Shown here piece after piece: positions 8,554-17,716 of a DNA stretch of 64,000 nt (positions are counted from its first letter, which is position 1; the number at the start of each line of letters is the position of its first letter). This DNA is from Dehalococcoidia bacterium (lineage in GTDB: Bacteria > Chloroflexota > Dehalococcoidia > Lucifugimonadales > JAGWBF01): the NCBI GenBank assembly GCA_965116325.1, contig OZ220675.1:513457-577456 (forward strand). Reading direction: 5' to 3'. The notes under the pieces were generated by a model. The model was given only the letters and a program-made list of their open reading frames with translations, was not told the DNA's origin and made no database searches. The position numbers were made by a program, and so were the translations under genes.

Positions 8554-9363
8554 ATGGACATAGCCGACACGAAGATAGAAGCTGGCGCTGTCTGTTTCGC
8601 CATCCAGTACCGGGACAACCGGGATGCCGCCAATTCCGACCAGGGCGTTTCCATTCAGGTCGTTGGTAACCAGAACGGGGACGAGGTGGAGATCCTTCGG
8701 TTCGACTGCTTCGACCAGAACCCCCACTACCACTACGGCCCCCAGAACAAGAACGAACGCATCTTCATGGACAAGACCACCGCAGGCAATCCCTTGGGCT
8801 GGACCCTGAAGCAGCTCAGGTCCCGCCTCCCCCAGATGATCCAACGGGCGGGCTACGACGATATCGCCGCAGGCCTGGATTCCGACCTGGTAGCTTCCAA
8901 GCTGGATGAGCTGGAAGCCTGTGGTCGCGAGCTGGCCGCCAAGCAGAGGAAGACCGTAGTTCACAACCGGGGCGATGAGGTGATCGAGGCCGGGAACGTA
9001 AAGTTCGGCCTGGAGTTCAGGGAGATCCCCAATATCAACGACCGCGGCCTCGCCATTCACGTCCTGAGCGACGTGGCTGGGCAGGAGATCGAGCTTCTTG
9101 CCTTCGACTGCTTCGAGAACCGCCCCCACTACCACTACGGGACCAGGAACAAGGACATCCGCTATACCTGGGACAAGACGGTGGCGCCGGACCCCCTGAA
9201 GTGGACGCTGGACCAGTTCAAAGACGGCAAGCTTCCTTCCATGGTGCGCCGGGCCGGCTATCCCGCCGTTGCCGACGCCATGGACGCCAACCTGGTTGTA
9301 AAGACCGTGACCGGCGAGGTGGAGCCCCGCGCCCTGGCAATCCGCGCTGCAAATGCCAAGTAA
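8554..9363 (+). CDS. hypothetical protein made of two tandem homologous ~134-aa halves (FDCF-x3-PHYHYG motif)
   Basis: Strong RBS. The halves align: IEAG...E(I/L)L.FDCF(D/E).(N/R)PHYHYG..NK......DKT.A..PL.WTL.Q......P.M..RAGY. I recognise no family. Confidence 0.7.
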   Translation: MDIADTKIEAGAVCFAIQYRDNRDAANSDQGVSIQVVGNQNGDEVEILRFDCFDQNPHYHYGPQNKNERIFMDKTTAGNPLGWTLKQLRSRLPQMIQRAGYDDIAAGLDSDLVASKLDELEACGRELAAKQRKTVVHNRGDEVIEAGNVKFGLEFREIPNINDRGLAIHVLSDVAGQEIELLAFDCFENRPHYHYGTRNKDIRYTWDKTVAPDPLKWTLDQFKDGKLPSMVRRAGYPAVADAMDANLVVKTVTGEVEPRALAIRAANAK

Positions 9364-9400
9364 CAGGCAGCCATAGCGTTGCATCGCATAAGGCGCCGAC

Positions 9401-9592
9401 TTGCAGGCCAATTTGCAAGATAAATTGCCCCTCCTGGGCTGGCTGGCATTCCTGGTTTCAGCGGGCTTCTTCAGCATAGGAAGCGCCATCGCCCGCGACA
9501 TCTGGTCGCTTACGGCCAGCATCGTGTTCTTCGTGGCGTGCCTGTTCTTCATTGCCCCCTATATCCTCGGCAGAGGTAAGCCCAAAGGCTGA
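9401..9592 (+). CDS. possible small two-helix membrane protein
   Basis: 63-aa ORF with a TTG start and two hydrophobic segments (LLGWLAFLVSAGFFSIGSAI and LTASIVFFVACLFFIAPYIL). No RBS is evident. Confidence 0.35.
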   Translation: MQANLQDKLPLLGWLAFLVSAGFFSIGSAIARDIWSLTASIVFFVACLFFIAPYILGRGKPKG

Positions 9593-9631
9593 CCCTCGGC
9601 TGCTCACATTTCAGAGAGGAAACTCCCTATC

Positions 9632-10435
9632 GTGACTGCAAGCGGCCTGACCGAATGGAGGGAGGACCGGGTCTTTGTAGCAGGCGCCGGAGTGCAGCTG
9701 CTGCGAATCGGCAGCGGCCGGCCCCTTCTTCTTCTCCACGGTTCCGGAGGAAACCGCGCCTACCTGTCGTACCAGGAGGAGCTTGCCGAGCACTACGAGG
9801 TGCTCGCCCCCTCCCACCCAGGATTTGGCACATCGGACCTCCCCCCATGGCTTGAAACCGTACCGGACACCGCATGCTTCTACCTGTGGATGCTGGAAGA
9901 GATGGGCTTGGAAGGCATCGATGTGATCGGCTTCTCCCTTGGAGGCTGGATCGCCGCCGAGATGTCCGTGATGTGCCCCAAGGTGTTCAACCGGCTGGTG
10001 CTTGTGGGGTCCGCCGGGCTCAAACCCTCCCTCGCCCAGATGACCGACATCTTTCTGATCTCAGGCCCGGAAGTGTTGGAGAAGATGTTCTACAACCCCA
10101 AGCAGGCCCCCGAGTACGACAAGTTCTTCGGGACCGAGCCCACCCCGGAGCACCGGGAGATGGCCGAGAGAAACCGGGAGATGGCGGCCCGCCTGACCTG
10201 GAAACCCTATATGCATGACCCACGATTAGTGGGCCTGCTGCCCCGGATCAAGTCCAAAGTACTATTGCTATGGGGTCGTCAGGATGCCCTCATACCCCTG
10301 GAGTGCGGAGAGCTGTACCAGGCAGCCTTACCCAATGCAGAGCTGCGTGTGATCGAGGAGTGCGGCCATTCGCCCCAGTATGAGAAGCCCCGGGAGTTCA
10401 ACAGCATAGTCCTGGACTTCCTGCGCGAGCCGTAG
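9632..10435 (+). CDS. alpha/beta-fold hydrolase
   Basis: 267 aa. It has the HG oxyanion block LLLLHGSGG, the nucleophile elbow GFSLGGW, and C-terminal CGHSPQYEKP. Confidence 0.85.
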   Translation: MTASGLTEWREDRVFVAGAGVQLLRIGSGRPLLLLHGSGGNRAYLSYQEELAEHYEVLAPSHPGFGTSDLPPWLETVPDTACFYLWMLEEMGLEGIDVIGFSLGGWIAAEMSVMCPKVFNRLVLVGSAGLKPSLAQMTDIFLISGPEVLEKMFYNPKQAPEYDKFFGTEPTPEHREMAERNREMAARLTWKPYMHDPRLVGLLPRIKSKVLLLWGRQDALIPLECGELYQAALPNAELRVIEECGHSPQYEKPREFNSIVLDFLREP

Positions 10436-10455
10436 CCGCTGGCCTATCCGCCGGG

Positions 10456-11880
10456 CTAGAACCCCGGTGGGCGCTTGTCCGCCCACGGGCGGACCGACTC
10501 GAAGGCCGCACAGGCCTTCAACACCTTGGCTTCATCTCCTCGTTTGCCCACAACGTGCAGTCCGATTGGCAGTCCGTCAGAAGAGAACCCGCAGGGAATG
10601 CTGGCCGCCGTCTGCCCGGTCATATTGATAGGGAAAGTGAAGGGGATGTATCCCCACCACGGGTCCACCTCCCGTCCTGCGATAACGGTGGGATGCTCCT
10701 CCACGGGAAAGGCGGGAACAGCCATGGTCGGGCTTAGGAGCACATCGTACTCCTCGAAAAAGTCCTCCATCTGGCTGCCCAGCTGGACCATCCTCTGAAG
10801 TGATCTGGAGTAGTCCGACGAAGTGCGACCCAAGCCGTGCTCGATGGTCATCACAGCGTAGTGGCTGAGCTCGTCCCTGTGGTCTTCCAGGAGGTGACCG
10901 TAAGATGTCGCCCCCGCGACGCTGAACATGTCCCAAAAGGCAGGGAAGGGATCATCCAGCGCCAAGCCCGGCTCATCCACGATACAGCCCAGCTCCTCGA
11001 AAGCCCTGGCCGCCTTGGAGGCCGCCGCAAGGACCTCTTCATCCACGGGCGCGTACCCGAAATCAGGGCTCCAGGCGATCTTCAGGCCTCGCACACCGTC
11101 ATTCAGACCGCCGACGAAGTCGGGCGGCTCCTGTCTTATGCAGCCCGGGTCCCGGCTGTCATGGCCGGCGAGAATCTGCAGTAGCTGGGCGCTCTCCAGC
11201 ACCGTGCGAGTCATAGGCCCCGACTGGGAATGGGTGTTGAAAGAGGGCCGACCTACTCCGCCGTAGCGAGGCACCCTCCCCTGGGTCGGCTTGATGCCGA
11301 AGGTGCCCGTGAAGCTGCACGGAATGCGGATGGATCCCCCGCCGTCGCTGCCCGTGGCAACGGCGCATAACCCAGCGGCCAATGCTGCCCCGGCCCCTCC
11401 ACTGGAACCTCCGGCTGTTCGCCCCAGGTTCCACGGGTTGCGACAGTGGTCTCCCAGCCGGTTTTCGGTGGTGCCCGACATCCCGAATTCAGGTGTGTTG
11501 GTCTTGCCCAGGATTATTGCCCCGGCCTCTTTCACCCGCTCTACAGCCACCGAGTCCTCTCCCGGAACGTTCTCCCGGTATATCAGGCTGCCCATGGTCG
11601 AGGTCACATCTCTGGTGATTTCCAGGTCTTTTATGGATATGGGGATACCATGGAGGACACCCCGGTGACGGCCCTGTGCTAACTCCTCCTGGGCTTCATT
11701 GGCGGAGCGCATCGCAAGGTCGCCCGTCACGGTCAGGTATGCGTTCAGCTTGGGGTTGTGGGCCTCTATCCGCCTGAGAAACATCTCGGTAAGCTCGGGA
11801 ACGGAGATGCTCCTGTCATCGATCAGTTTGCGGAGATGGGAAACCAGTGCATAGGCTAGATCTTGATCGGGCATGTGCAA
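10456..11880 (-). CDS. amidase (amidase-signature family)
   Basis: 474 aa. It has the AS signature GGSSGGAGAALAAG...GSDGGGSIRIPCSFTG and the catalytic-Lys block GIPISIKD. Confidence 0.9.
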   Translation of the reverse strand: MHMPDQDLAYALVSHLRKLIDDRSISVPELTEMFLRRIEAHNPKLNAYLTVTGDLAMRSANEAQEELAQGRHRGVLHGIPISIKDLEITRDVTSTMGSLIYRENVPGEDSVAVERVKEAGAIILGKTNTPEFGMSGTTENRLGDHCRNPWNLGRTAGGSSGGAGAALAAGLCAVATGSDGGGSIRIPCSFTGTFGIKPTQGRVPRYGGVGRPSFNTHSQSGPMTRTVLESAQLLQILAGHDSRDPGCIRQEPPDFVGGLNDGVRGLKIAWSPDFGYAPVDEEVLAAASKAARAFEELGCIVDEPGLALDDPFPAFWDMFSVAGATSYGHLLEDHRDELSHYAVMTIEHGLGRTSSDYSRSLQRMVQLGSQMEDFFEEYDVLLSPTMAVPAFPVEEHPTVIAGREVDPWWGYIPFTFPINMTGQTAASIPCGFSSDGLPIGLHVVGKRGDEAKVLKACAAFESVRPWADKRPPGF

Positions 11881-11958
11881 CTTCCACTTTCAAGATAGGC
11901 ATCCCGGGTGCCGGGTAAGCTAGACGAGACTCCTGCAGAAATGAGGTGTCCTGAGCCG

Positions 11959-11987
11959 ATGGTAGAGAAGCCCCCATGCAGTGTCAA
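11959..11987 (-). promoter_or_regulatory. promoter-like TTGACA-N17-TACCAT upstream of the amidase gene
   Basis: On the minus strand, TTGACA lies at 11987-11982 and TACCAT at 11964-11959. A 6-bp inverted repeat AGCCCC/GGGGCT overlaps the element. Confidence 0.3.
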
Positions 11988-12083
11988 GGAAGGGGCTCGG
12001 GGCATTCACTGGCGCAAAGACATGCTCTTCAGCGAATAGTGTAAGGACTCAGTCGGGGTGCCTGGTGGTCGGCGCAGGCAGCG

Positions 12084-12566
12084 CTAGCCTTCGACCGCTT
12101 CCCTTAGACCGGGAAGGCTTTCCAGGGGCAGGGCCTCGCCCGTCTGCTCGTAGTGCTGGATGATGTCCCGCAGATCCTGGGGCATGGGTCGCTTGGATGC
12201 CGTCGCCGCATCGTACCCCACATAGATGAGCTGGGTCGAAGCGACTAACCTGTCCGAGTCCTTCTGGTATATCTCGGTGTCGATGGTGAAGCTGGTGTTG
12301 CCGATGTGGGACACCCGGACGTACAGCTCCAGGATGTCTTCGATGTAGGCCGGGGTCTTGAACTCCATGGTGGCCTTCACCACCGCTGAGTCGAAGTACC
12401 CCTTTTGGGCGATGCCATAGATGCTGAACCCCAGGTTGCGGAAGTAGTCGGCCTGGCCCACCTCCAGGTAGTCCATGTAGGAGCCGTTATAGACGATACC
12501 CTGGGCGTCGCACTCAGGCCACCGCACCCTTAGCTCGGTCCTGAACCTGAAATCAGCTTTGGCCAT
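12084..12566 (-). CDS. acyl-CoA thioesterase, 4HBT/YbgC-like hotdog fold
   Basis: 160 aa. The N-terminal pattern VRWPECDAQGIVYNGSYMDYLEVG is typical of YbgC/4HBT thioesterases. Confidence 0.8.
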   Translation of the reverse strand: MAKADFRFRTELRVRWPECDAQGIVYNGSYMDYLEVGQADYFRNLGFSIYGIAQKGYFDSAVVKATMEFKTPAYIEDILELYVRVSHIGNTSFTIDTEIYQKDSDRLVASTQLIYVGYDAATASKRPMPQDLRDIIQHYEQTGEALPLESLPGLREAVEG

Positions 12567-12648
12567 AGTCTCTCCGGCAGGAGGTTATCCTGCGCATACA
12601 GATTCTACCCTCCCGTGCCCTGAGAAATCTCGTATCCCGACTTAGATG

Positions 12649-13836
12649 TCAGCGCCAGGCATCCCCCGGCATGATGCGCAGCATAAACTCGTCAAACTTG
12701 GGCACGGTAAATGCAGTGTCGCCATGGCTTGGGCTCCATATCATTCCTTTGGCGATCAGCTGATTTCGAGTTGGCGCCACAGCGGTAACGGGACGACCCA
12801 GTTCGCGAGCAATATCCCCGGAACGATGGGGACCCGGACCGAGCTCAGCCATCCCTCTGACATACTTCTTTTCCTGTGCCGTCAGCCGATCGAATCTGAC
12901 AAGGAAGAAGCTTGCATCCAGGGCCGCCACGGCCCGCTCCGACGCAGCTTCGACCTCGGCAGTGGTGATCGGTGATCTCTCGGCAACATCCCATACGTGC
13001 TTACCCCATTCCTGGAGAAAGTAAGGATAGCCATGGGTTTGTTCTACGATGGAATCCAGGGCATCGGGGTCTATCTCCACACCTTCATCGGCTGCGGGCT
13101 TGGCGATTGCCAGCCTCGCATCCTCGTCGGATAGTGGGCCGATCTCCGGAAACTCAAACAGCCTCTCGGCATAGGACTTCGCCTTCCCCATCAGCCCCCG
13201 CACCTGGGGCAGACCCGCCCCGACCATTACTATGGGTAATCGGCGCTGGGAAACCCGGTGCAGAGCAGTTATCAGCGCCGCCAGCTCATCTTCTTTGACG
13301 TATTGAAGCTCGTCGATGAAGATGCCCACGCAGCCATTGTCGGGCTTGGCTGCCTCCCCGACCGCTTCCAGCAACTCCTGCAAGTCTATTTCAAGGTCCC
13401 CGTTGTCCGCCAAACCCGGCTCAGGGTCTATATCCAGACCCAATTCAATGTCCTGGAACCTCACCTTCAGTCCTCTCACGAAGCCCGAGAGGCCTCTGAG
13501 GGCACGCTGGGCAAGCTCCTTGGCTGCCTCTCGTCTGGAGAGCCTCAGCAACGCGATACGAAGCTGCGGGGCGAGGATTGATGGAAGGGAGCGACCCTCG
13601 GGAGCCTCTATCCCCAGGGTACAGATGCCGTCTCCTTCTGCGTCTTCTCGGATCCGGTCCAAGAGCACTGTCTTACCAACACCTCGCAAGCCTACCATCA
13701 GGAGACTCTTGCTTGAGCGGCCGTTCCTGGTACGCCCAAGGGCGACTTGTGCTGACAAGATCATCTCTTGACGTCCCGCCAGCTCTGGGGGTGGAGTGCC
13801 CGCCCCCGGGGCATATGGGTTGCGTATCGGGTCCAT
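12649..13836 (-). CDS. AAA/STAND-like ATP-binding protein with a C-terminal winged-helix-like region
   Basis: 395 aa. Walker A is MVGLRGVGKTVLL and Walker B is IFIDELQYV. The C-terminal 80 aa (YVRGMAELGP...IARELGRPVTAVAPTRNQLIAKGMI) look wHTH-like. Confidence 0.8.
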   Translation of the reverse strand: MDPIRNPYAPGAGTPPPELAGRQEMILSAQVALGRTRNGRSSKSLLMVGLRGVGKTVLLDRIREDAEGDGICTLGIEAPEGRSLPSILAPQLRIALLRLSRREAAKELAQRALRGLSGFVRGLKVRFQDIELGLDIDPEPGLADNGDLEIDLQELLEAVGEAAKPDNGCVGIFIDELQYVKEDELAALITALHRVSQRRLPIVMVGAGLPQVRGLMGKAKSYAERLFEFPEIGPLSDEDARLAIAKPAADEGVEIDPDALDSIVEQTHGYPYFLQEWGKHVWDVAERSPITTAEVEAASERAVAALDASFFLVRFDRLTAQEKKYVRGMAELGPGPHRSGDIARELGRPVTAVAPTRNQLIAKGMIWSPSHGDTAFTVPKFDEFMLRIMPGDAWR

Positions 13837-13844
13837 GAAGCCAG

Positions 13845-13871
13845 TTTATAGTGAAATTAACTAAATTACAA
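13845..13871 (-). promoter_or_regulatory. AT-rich promoter-like element (TTGTAA-N15-TATAAA) 8 nt upstream of the ATPase ATG
   Basis: On the minus strand, TATAAA (13850-13845) is separated from ATG 13836 by only 8 nt with no SD, which suggests a leaderless mRNA. The -35-like TTGTAA lies at 13871-13866. Confidence 0.35.
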
Positions 13872-14134
13872 GTTTCTTATAAATACCCTAACTTCCTTAT
13901 AATTTGTCATCCACACCCAACCCGGAAGACCTTCATTACCTCGTTAGCTATACTACCGTGGGACTTCAGTGGGGAGTGACCTAGAACTTGGATGGGCTAT
14001 GGCAAACATCCAGGTTGGGCTCGAAAGGCGCTGAAGAACCGCTCATCAGGGTTGACTGCACCCTTGGCGGCCTATTAAGATGGAAGCTAAGAAGTGGCGG
14101 TAGTGGGCTGCTCTGTTGTCTTCAGGAGGTAGCT

Positions 14135-14491
14135 ATGACAGTCTATGCGGAAGATGGGACCATCTCGATCTCCATCACCGACAAAGCCAAGGACAAGCTC
14201 CGTTTCTTCGCCCGCAAGGAGGGCTTCGAGGATAACTTCGGAGTCCGCGTGGGTGTGAAGGGCGGCGGGTGTTCCGGCCTCTTGTACACCCTCAGCGTCG
14301 AGAAGGACTCCTCTCCCGATGACAAGATCGTCGATGACGGGGGCGTGAAGATATTTATCGACAAGAAGGCCTACATCTACCTGGCGGGGACGCAGCTTGA
14401 CTTCTCCGATGGGCTCAATGGCAAGGGGTTCGTCTTCGAGAACCCTAACGCCAAGAAAAGCTGCGGGTGCGGCAACTCCTTCGCCGTTTAA
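14135..14491 (+). CDS. iron-sulfur cluster insertion/assembly protein, IscA/ErpA/HesB family
   Basis: ATG 14135 follows CAGGAGG. The sequence has GGCSG and the C-terminal CGCGNSF signature. Confidence 0.9.
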   Translation: MTVYAEDGTISISITDKAKDKLRFFARKEGFEDNFGVRVGVKGGGCSGLLYTLSVEKDSSPDDKIVDDGGVKIFIDKKAYIYLAGTQLDFSDGLNGKGFVFENPNAKKSCGCGNSFAV

Positions 14492-14518
14492 CCATTCCAA
14501 AAAACTTGAACTACCCTA

Positions 14519-14548
14519 AACGCCGCCCTGTATCATCACGGCGGCGTT
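14519..14548 (+). terminator. stem-loop between the IscA-like gene and the ygfZ-like gene
   Basis: AACGCCGCC (14519-14527) and GGCGGCGTT (14540-14548) form 9 perfect bp around a 12-nt loop. No clear U-tract follows, so it may be an attenuator or stabiliser rather than a terminator. Confidence 0.35.
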
Positions 14549-14578
14549 GCTGTTACAGCAAGATCCCCGGGAGATGAC

Positions 14579-15679
14579 ATGGTAGCCACCAAGTCTCCGA
14601 TCCATGATGAAGCCTCCGCTTCAGGAGCCAGCTTTGTCGAGCACCAACCTTGGCCGCTGGTCAGCAGCTTCGGAGATGGGGCAGCCGAGTACGAAGCAGC
14701 CCGCAGCTCGGCCGTCCTCTACGACTCTTCCCATATGGGCCGTCTTTCGGCGACGGGATCAGATGTCCTGGACCTCCTGAACCGCCTTTCCACCAACCTG
14801 GTGGAGCACATAGAGCCGGGCTGCGGGGTCCGCACCGTGCTGACCGATGAGCGGGGGCGCATCCTAGACCATCTGCAGATTTTCAACATGGGTACCTGGA
14901 CCCTTCTCATCGTGGGGCCCCGGAACAGGGAGCGGGTCTTGGAATGGATCGACAAGTACACCATTGTCGATGATGTAGAGATCGAGGACATCACACTCTC
15001 CACCGCTATGTTCACCATCCTGGGGCCGCAGGCCAGGGACAAGCTCTCATCACTGGCTGGGACAAAAGTCGATGGTCTGGATCTATGCCAGTGGACGGAT
15101 GCGACCATCAAGGGGATCGAGGTGCAGGTGCTCCGCACCGACAGCGCCGGGAATCCATCCTATGAGGTGATAGCGCGGGCGGAAGATGCTCCCGCCCTTT
15201 GGAGGGCCATCAAGGACGCCGGCATCGTGCCCATCGGCCACGAGGCTTTCGAAGCCCTTCGCATAGAAGGATGCGTCCCGGGGCCGGAGGCCGAGCTGGT
15301 CGACGCCTACAACCCCCTGGAGGCCGGCCTGTGGGACTCCATCAGCTTCAACAAGGGCTGCTACATAGGCCAGGAGGTTATCGCTCGCCTGGACACCTAC
15401 GGCAAGGTGCAGCGCCACCTGGTGTCCATCGGCTTTCCTGAGGGCATCCAGGTGGAGAGAGGCTCCAAGATGAGCTATGAGGGGCGGGAAGTGGGTTCCG
15501 TGACCTCCGTGGCGCAGGTGCCTGGACAGCACGGCTTACTAGCCTTGGGCTACGTCCGGAAGGAAGCTTCAACTATCGGCACCAAGCTCGCCCTTGCAAA
15601 TGACCTAAACGCCTCGGCTGAGGTACTGGCTACCACGTCAGTCCCCCAGGAAGACATAGTTGGCCAAGGCGTGAACTAG
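14579..15679 (+). CDS. folate-binding YgfZ/GcvT-family protein
   Basis: 366 aa. It has the aminomethyltransferase-like fold and the family signature KGCYIGQE (NKGCYIGQEVIARL). Confidence 0.8.
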   Translation: MVATKSPIHDEASASGASFVEHQPWPLVSSFGDGAAEYEAARSSAVLYDSSHMGRLSATGSDVLDLLNRLSTNLVEHIEPGCGVRTVLTDERGRILDHLQIFNMGTWTLLIVGPRNRERVLEWIDKYTIVDDVEIEDITLSTAMFTILGPQARDKLSSLAGTKVDGLDLCQWTDATIKGIEVQVLRTDSAGNPSYEVIARAEDAPALWRAIKDAGIVPIGHEAFEALRIEGCVPGPEAELVDAYNPLEAGLWDSISFNKGCYIGQEVIARLDTYGKVQRHLVSIGFPEGIQVERGSKMSYEGREVGSVTSVAQVPGQHGLLALGYVRKEASTIGTKLALANDLNASAEVLATTSVPQEDIVGQGVN

Positions 15680-15799
15680 GCCGAGTCCAGGGTGGCCCTC
15701 TGCGGGCAAACCGGCTAAACCTCCCCGTACTCCGCTGCGCAGGTTCCCGGCTTCTTCCTATGCTATAATCAGCGTCGCTTGTCAAGGGAGGACCGGGGG

Positions 15800-16198
15800 A
15801 TGACGACAACGACCGGAGAGAGGCTCGACCTGGGAAGCCTCATGGTGGACCAAGGGCTGGTGGATGCCTACCTCCAGGCCGTAGGCGATAACAACCCCAT
15901 CTACTCAAGTCTTGACGCAGCTCCCCCTCTTGCATTGGCCTCCCACGTGCTGTCCGCTCTCATCGAAAAGCTTTCCCTGCCGCCAGGCACCATCCACGCG
16001 GCACAAGAGACCGAATGTCACGGCCTCGTGAGTTTGGGCCAGGAGGTTTCCTGTCAAGCTCAGCTTTCCCGGCCTGTGCGGCGCGGGGACTGGGCCATCA
16101 TGGCGGTCCAGTACCAGGTTCTCGGCTCGGCAGGTGATACCCTGCTGGGCGGCAAGACTACAGTAATGGTCCCAGACGGTAAGGCGCAGCATGACTGA
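15800..16198 (+). CDS. MaoC-like single-hotdog protein, non-catalytic type (HadA-like)
   Basis: ATG 15800 follows AGGGAGGA. The hydratase-2 region reads GDNNPIY, with Tyr in place of the catalytic His. Confidence 0.7.
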   Translation: MTTTTGERLDLGSLMVDQGLVDAYLQAVGDNNPIYSSLDAAPPLALASHVLSALIEKLSLPPGTIHAAQETECHGLVSLGQEVSCQAQLSRPVRRGDWAIMAVQYQVLGSAGDTLLGGKTTVMVPDGKAQHD

Positions 16199-16616
16199 AG
16201 AGAGGGTCGCTCTCCCCGTCATCCAAAGAACTGTCACTAATGACCAGATTGCCAGCTACGCCGATGCGTCGGGCGACCGCAACCCCCTGCACCTTGACCA
16301 GTCCTTTGCCTCTCAGAGCCAGTTCGGGGGCGTCGTGGCCCATGGGATGCTCACACTGGCCTTCGTTTCGGAGATGCTCACAAGCGCTTTTGGGCGTCAC
16401 TGGCTGGAATCAGGCCGGTTGAAGGTGAGGCTGAAGGCCCCCGCCTACCCTGGCGATGAGGTATGCACCTGGGGTGAAGTGGTCAGGGAGGATGAGCAAG
16501 ATGGGACCCGTAAGGTGGTATGCGCAGTGGGCCTCAAGGATGCCCGTGACAGGGAGCTGATCGCAGGTGATGCCGTGGTGCATCTGCCCGCCCAAGAAGG
16601 TTCCAGCGGGAACTAG
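16191..16616 (+). CDS. MaoC-like (R)-specific dehydratase/hydratase, catalytic type (HadB-like)
   Basis: The hydratase-2 motif SGDRNPLHLD...VAHGM is intact. It overlaps the previous gene by 8 nt (ATGACTGA). Confidence 0.8.
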   Translation: MTEERVALPVIQRTVTNDQIASYADASGDRNPLHLDQSFASQSQFGGVVAHGMLTLAFVSEMLTSAFGRHWLESGRLKVRLKAPAYPGDEVCTWGEVVREDEQDGTRKVVCAVGLKDARDRELIAGDAVVHLPAQEGSSGN

Positions 16617-16652
16617 CCAGGGAACCTAGAGGACTGAAAGGAATCCTGATCT

Positions 16653-17693
16653 ATGCCGGCAGCGGACACAAAGGATATAAAGCCGGGGGCAGCGCCCCGC
16701 ATTGCCCTTGATGCCATGGGCGGTGACTACGCTCCCGCGGCAACGGTGCAGGGCGCATTGCAGGCTGCGAGCGCCCTGAACTGCCATGTTCTGCTGGTCG
16801 GCGACCCTCCTGCCCTGGAAGCCGAGCTTGCGAAACACAACGGGGACGCTTCTCGCATCTCCGTAGTCCCGTCGGAAGGGAAGATCACCGAGGACGACCA
16901 CCCTGCTCAAGCCCTGCGCGCCAAGCCAAAGGCATCCATCCTGGTGACAAACCAGCTCGTCAAACAGGGCGAGGCCGATGCCGTGGTCTCCATGGGGTCC
17001 ACGGGAGCCACTATGGCCAGCGCAACCATGATCCTGGGCACCTTGCCGGGACTGGACCGTCCTTGCCTAGGGGGACCCTTCCTCGGCATTGCCCCCAACA
17101 CCGTTGTGGTGGACATGGGCAGCAACATCGATTGCCGCCCCAGTCTGATGCTGGGGTTCGGTGTCATGGGCAGCGTCTTTGCCCACCATTACCTGAAGAT
17201 AGAGCAACCCCGAGTTGGCCTCCTGAGTGTCGGAGAAGAGGAATCCAAGGGCAACCGACAGGTGCGGGAAGCCTTCCCCCTTTTCAAGGAGAGCAATCTG
17301 AACTTTGTGGGAAACCTGGAGGGCATGGACTTCTTCACTAACAAGGCCGACGTGATCGTGTGCGACGGGTTTGTCGGCAATGTCCTGATGAAATTCACAG
17401 AAGGTCTTGGGACTACCCTGGCCGGGTATCTCAAGAACATGCTGACGGGCAAACTTTCCCCGGGTGAGCTGGGGGACCTAGCTAAGGAGATGTGGGAAGT
17501 AAATAACCTTGCCAGGCGCATGGGCGGCCCTCTATTCGGGGTGCAGGCGCCCGTTGTGATCGGCCATGGCGCTTCCGGGCCTGAAAGCGTTGCCGGGGCC
17601 ATTGACACCGCGCGGAAATGCGTCGAGATCAGTTTGGTGGAGAACATGCGCGCCGAGCTTGAGGCGCTGGAGACCGCCGAGACCTCCCCCTAG
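16653..17693 (+). CDS. plsX: phosphate:acyl-ACP acyltransferase PlsX
   Basis: 346 aa. Blocks IALDAMGGD, AVVSMGSTGA, VGNLEG, VCDGFVGNV and GPLFGV...VIGHG are present. Confidence 0.92.
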   Translation: MPAADTKDIKPGAAPRIALDAMGGDYAPAATVQGALQAASALNCHVLLVGDPPALEAELAKHNGDASRISVVPSEGKITEDDHPAQALRAKPKASILVTNQLVKQGEADAVVSMGSTGATMASATMILGTLPGLDRPCLGGPFLGIAPNTVVVDMGSNIDCRPSLMLGFGVMGSVFAHHYLKIEQPRVGLLSVGEEESKGNRQVREAFPLFKESNLNFVGNLEGMDFFTNKADVIVCDGFVGNVLMKFTEGLGTTLAGYLKNMLTGKLSPGELGDLAKEMWEVNNLARRMGGPLFGVQAPVVIGHGASGPESVAGAIDTARKCVEISLVENMRAELEALETAETSP

Positions 17694-17716
17694 CCCACTC
17701 GAGTCCTTGATTAACC

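Noticed and set aside
8503-9552. 349-aa ORF on the minus strand covering the 8554-9363 region.
   Set aside because: It is antisense to a gene that has a consensus -10, a strong RBS and a clear internal protein duplication. The minus-strand translation is low-complexity (G/V/L/H/A-rich) with no motif. This is a typical high-GC shadow ORF.
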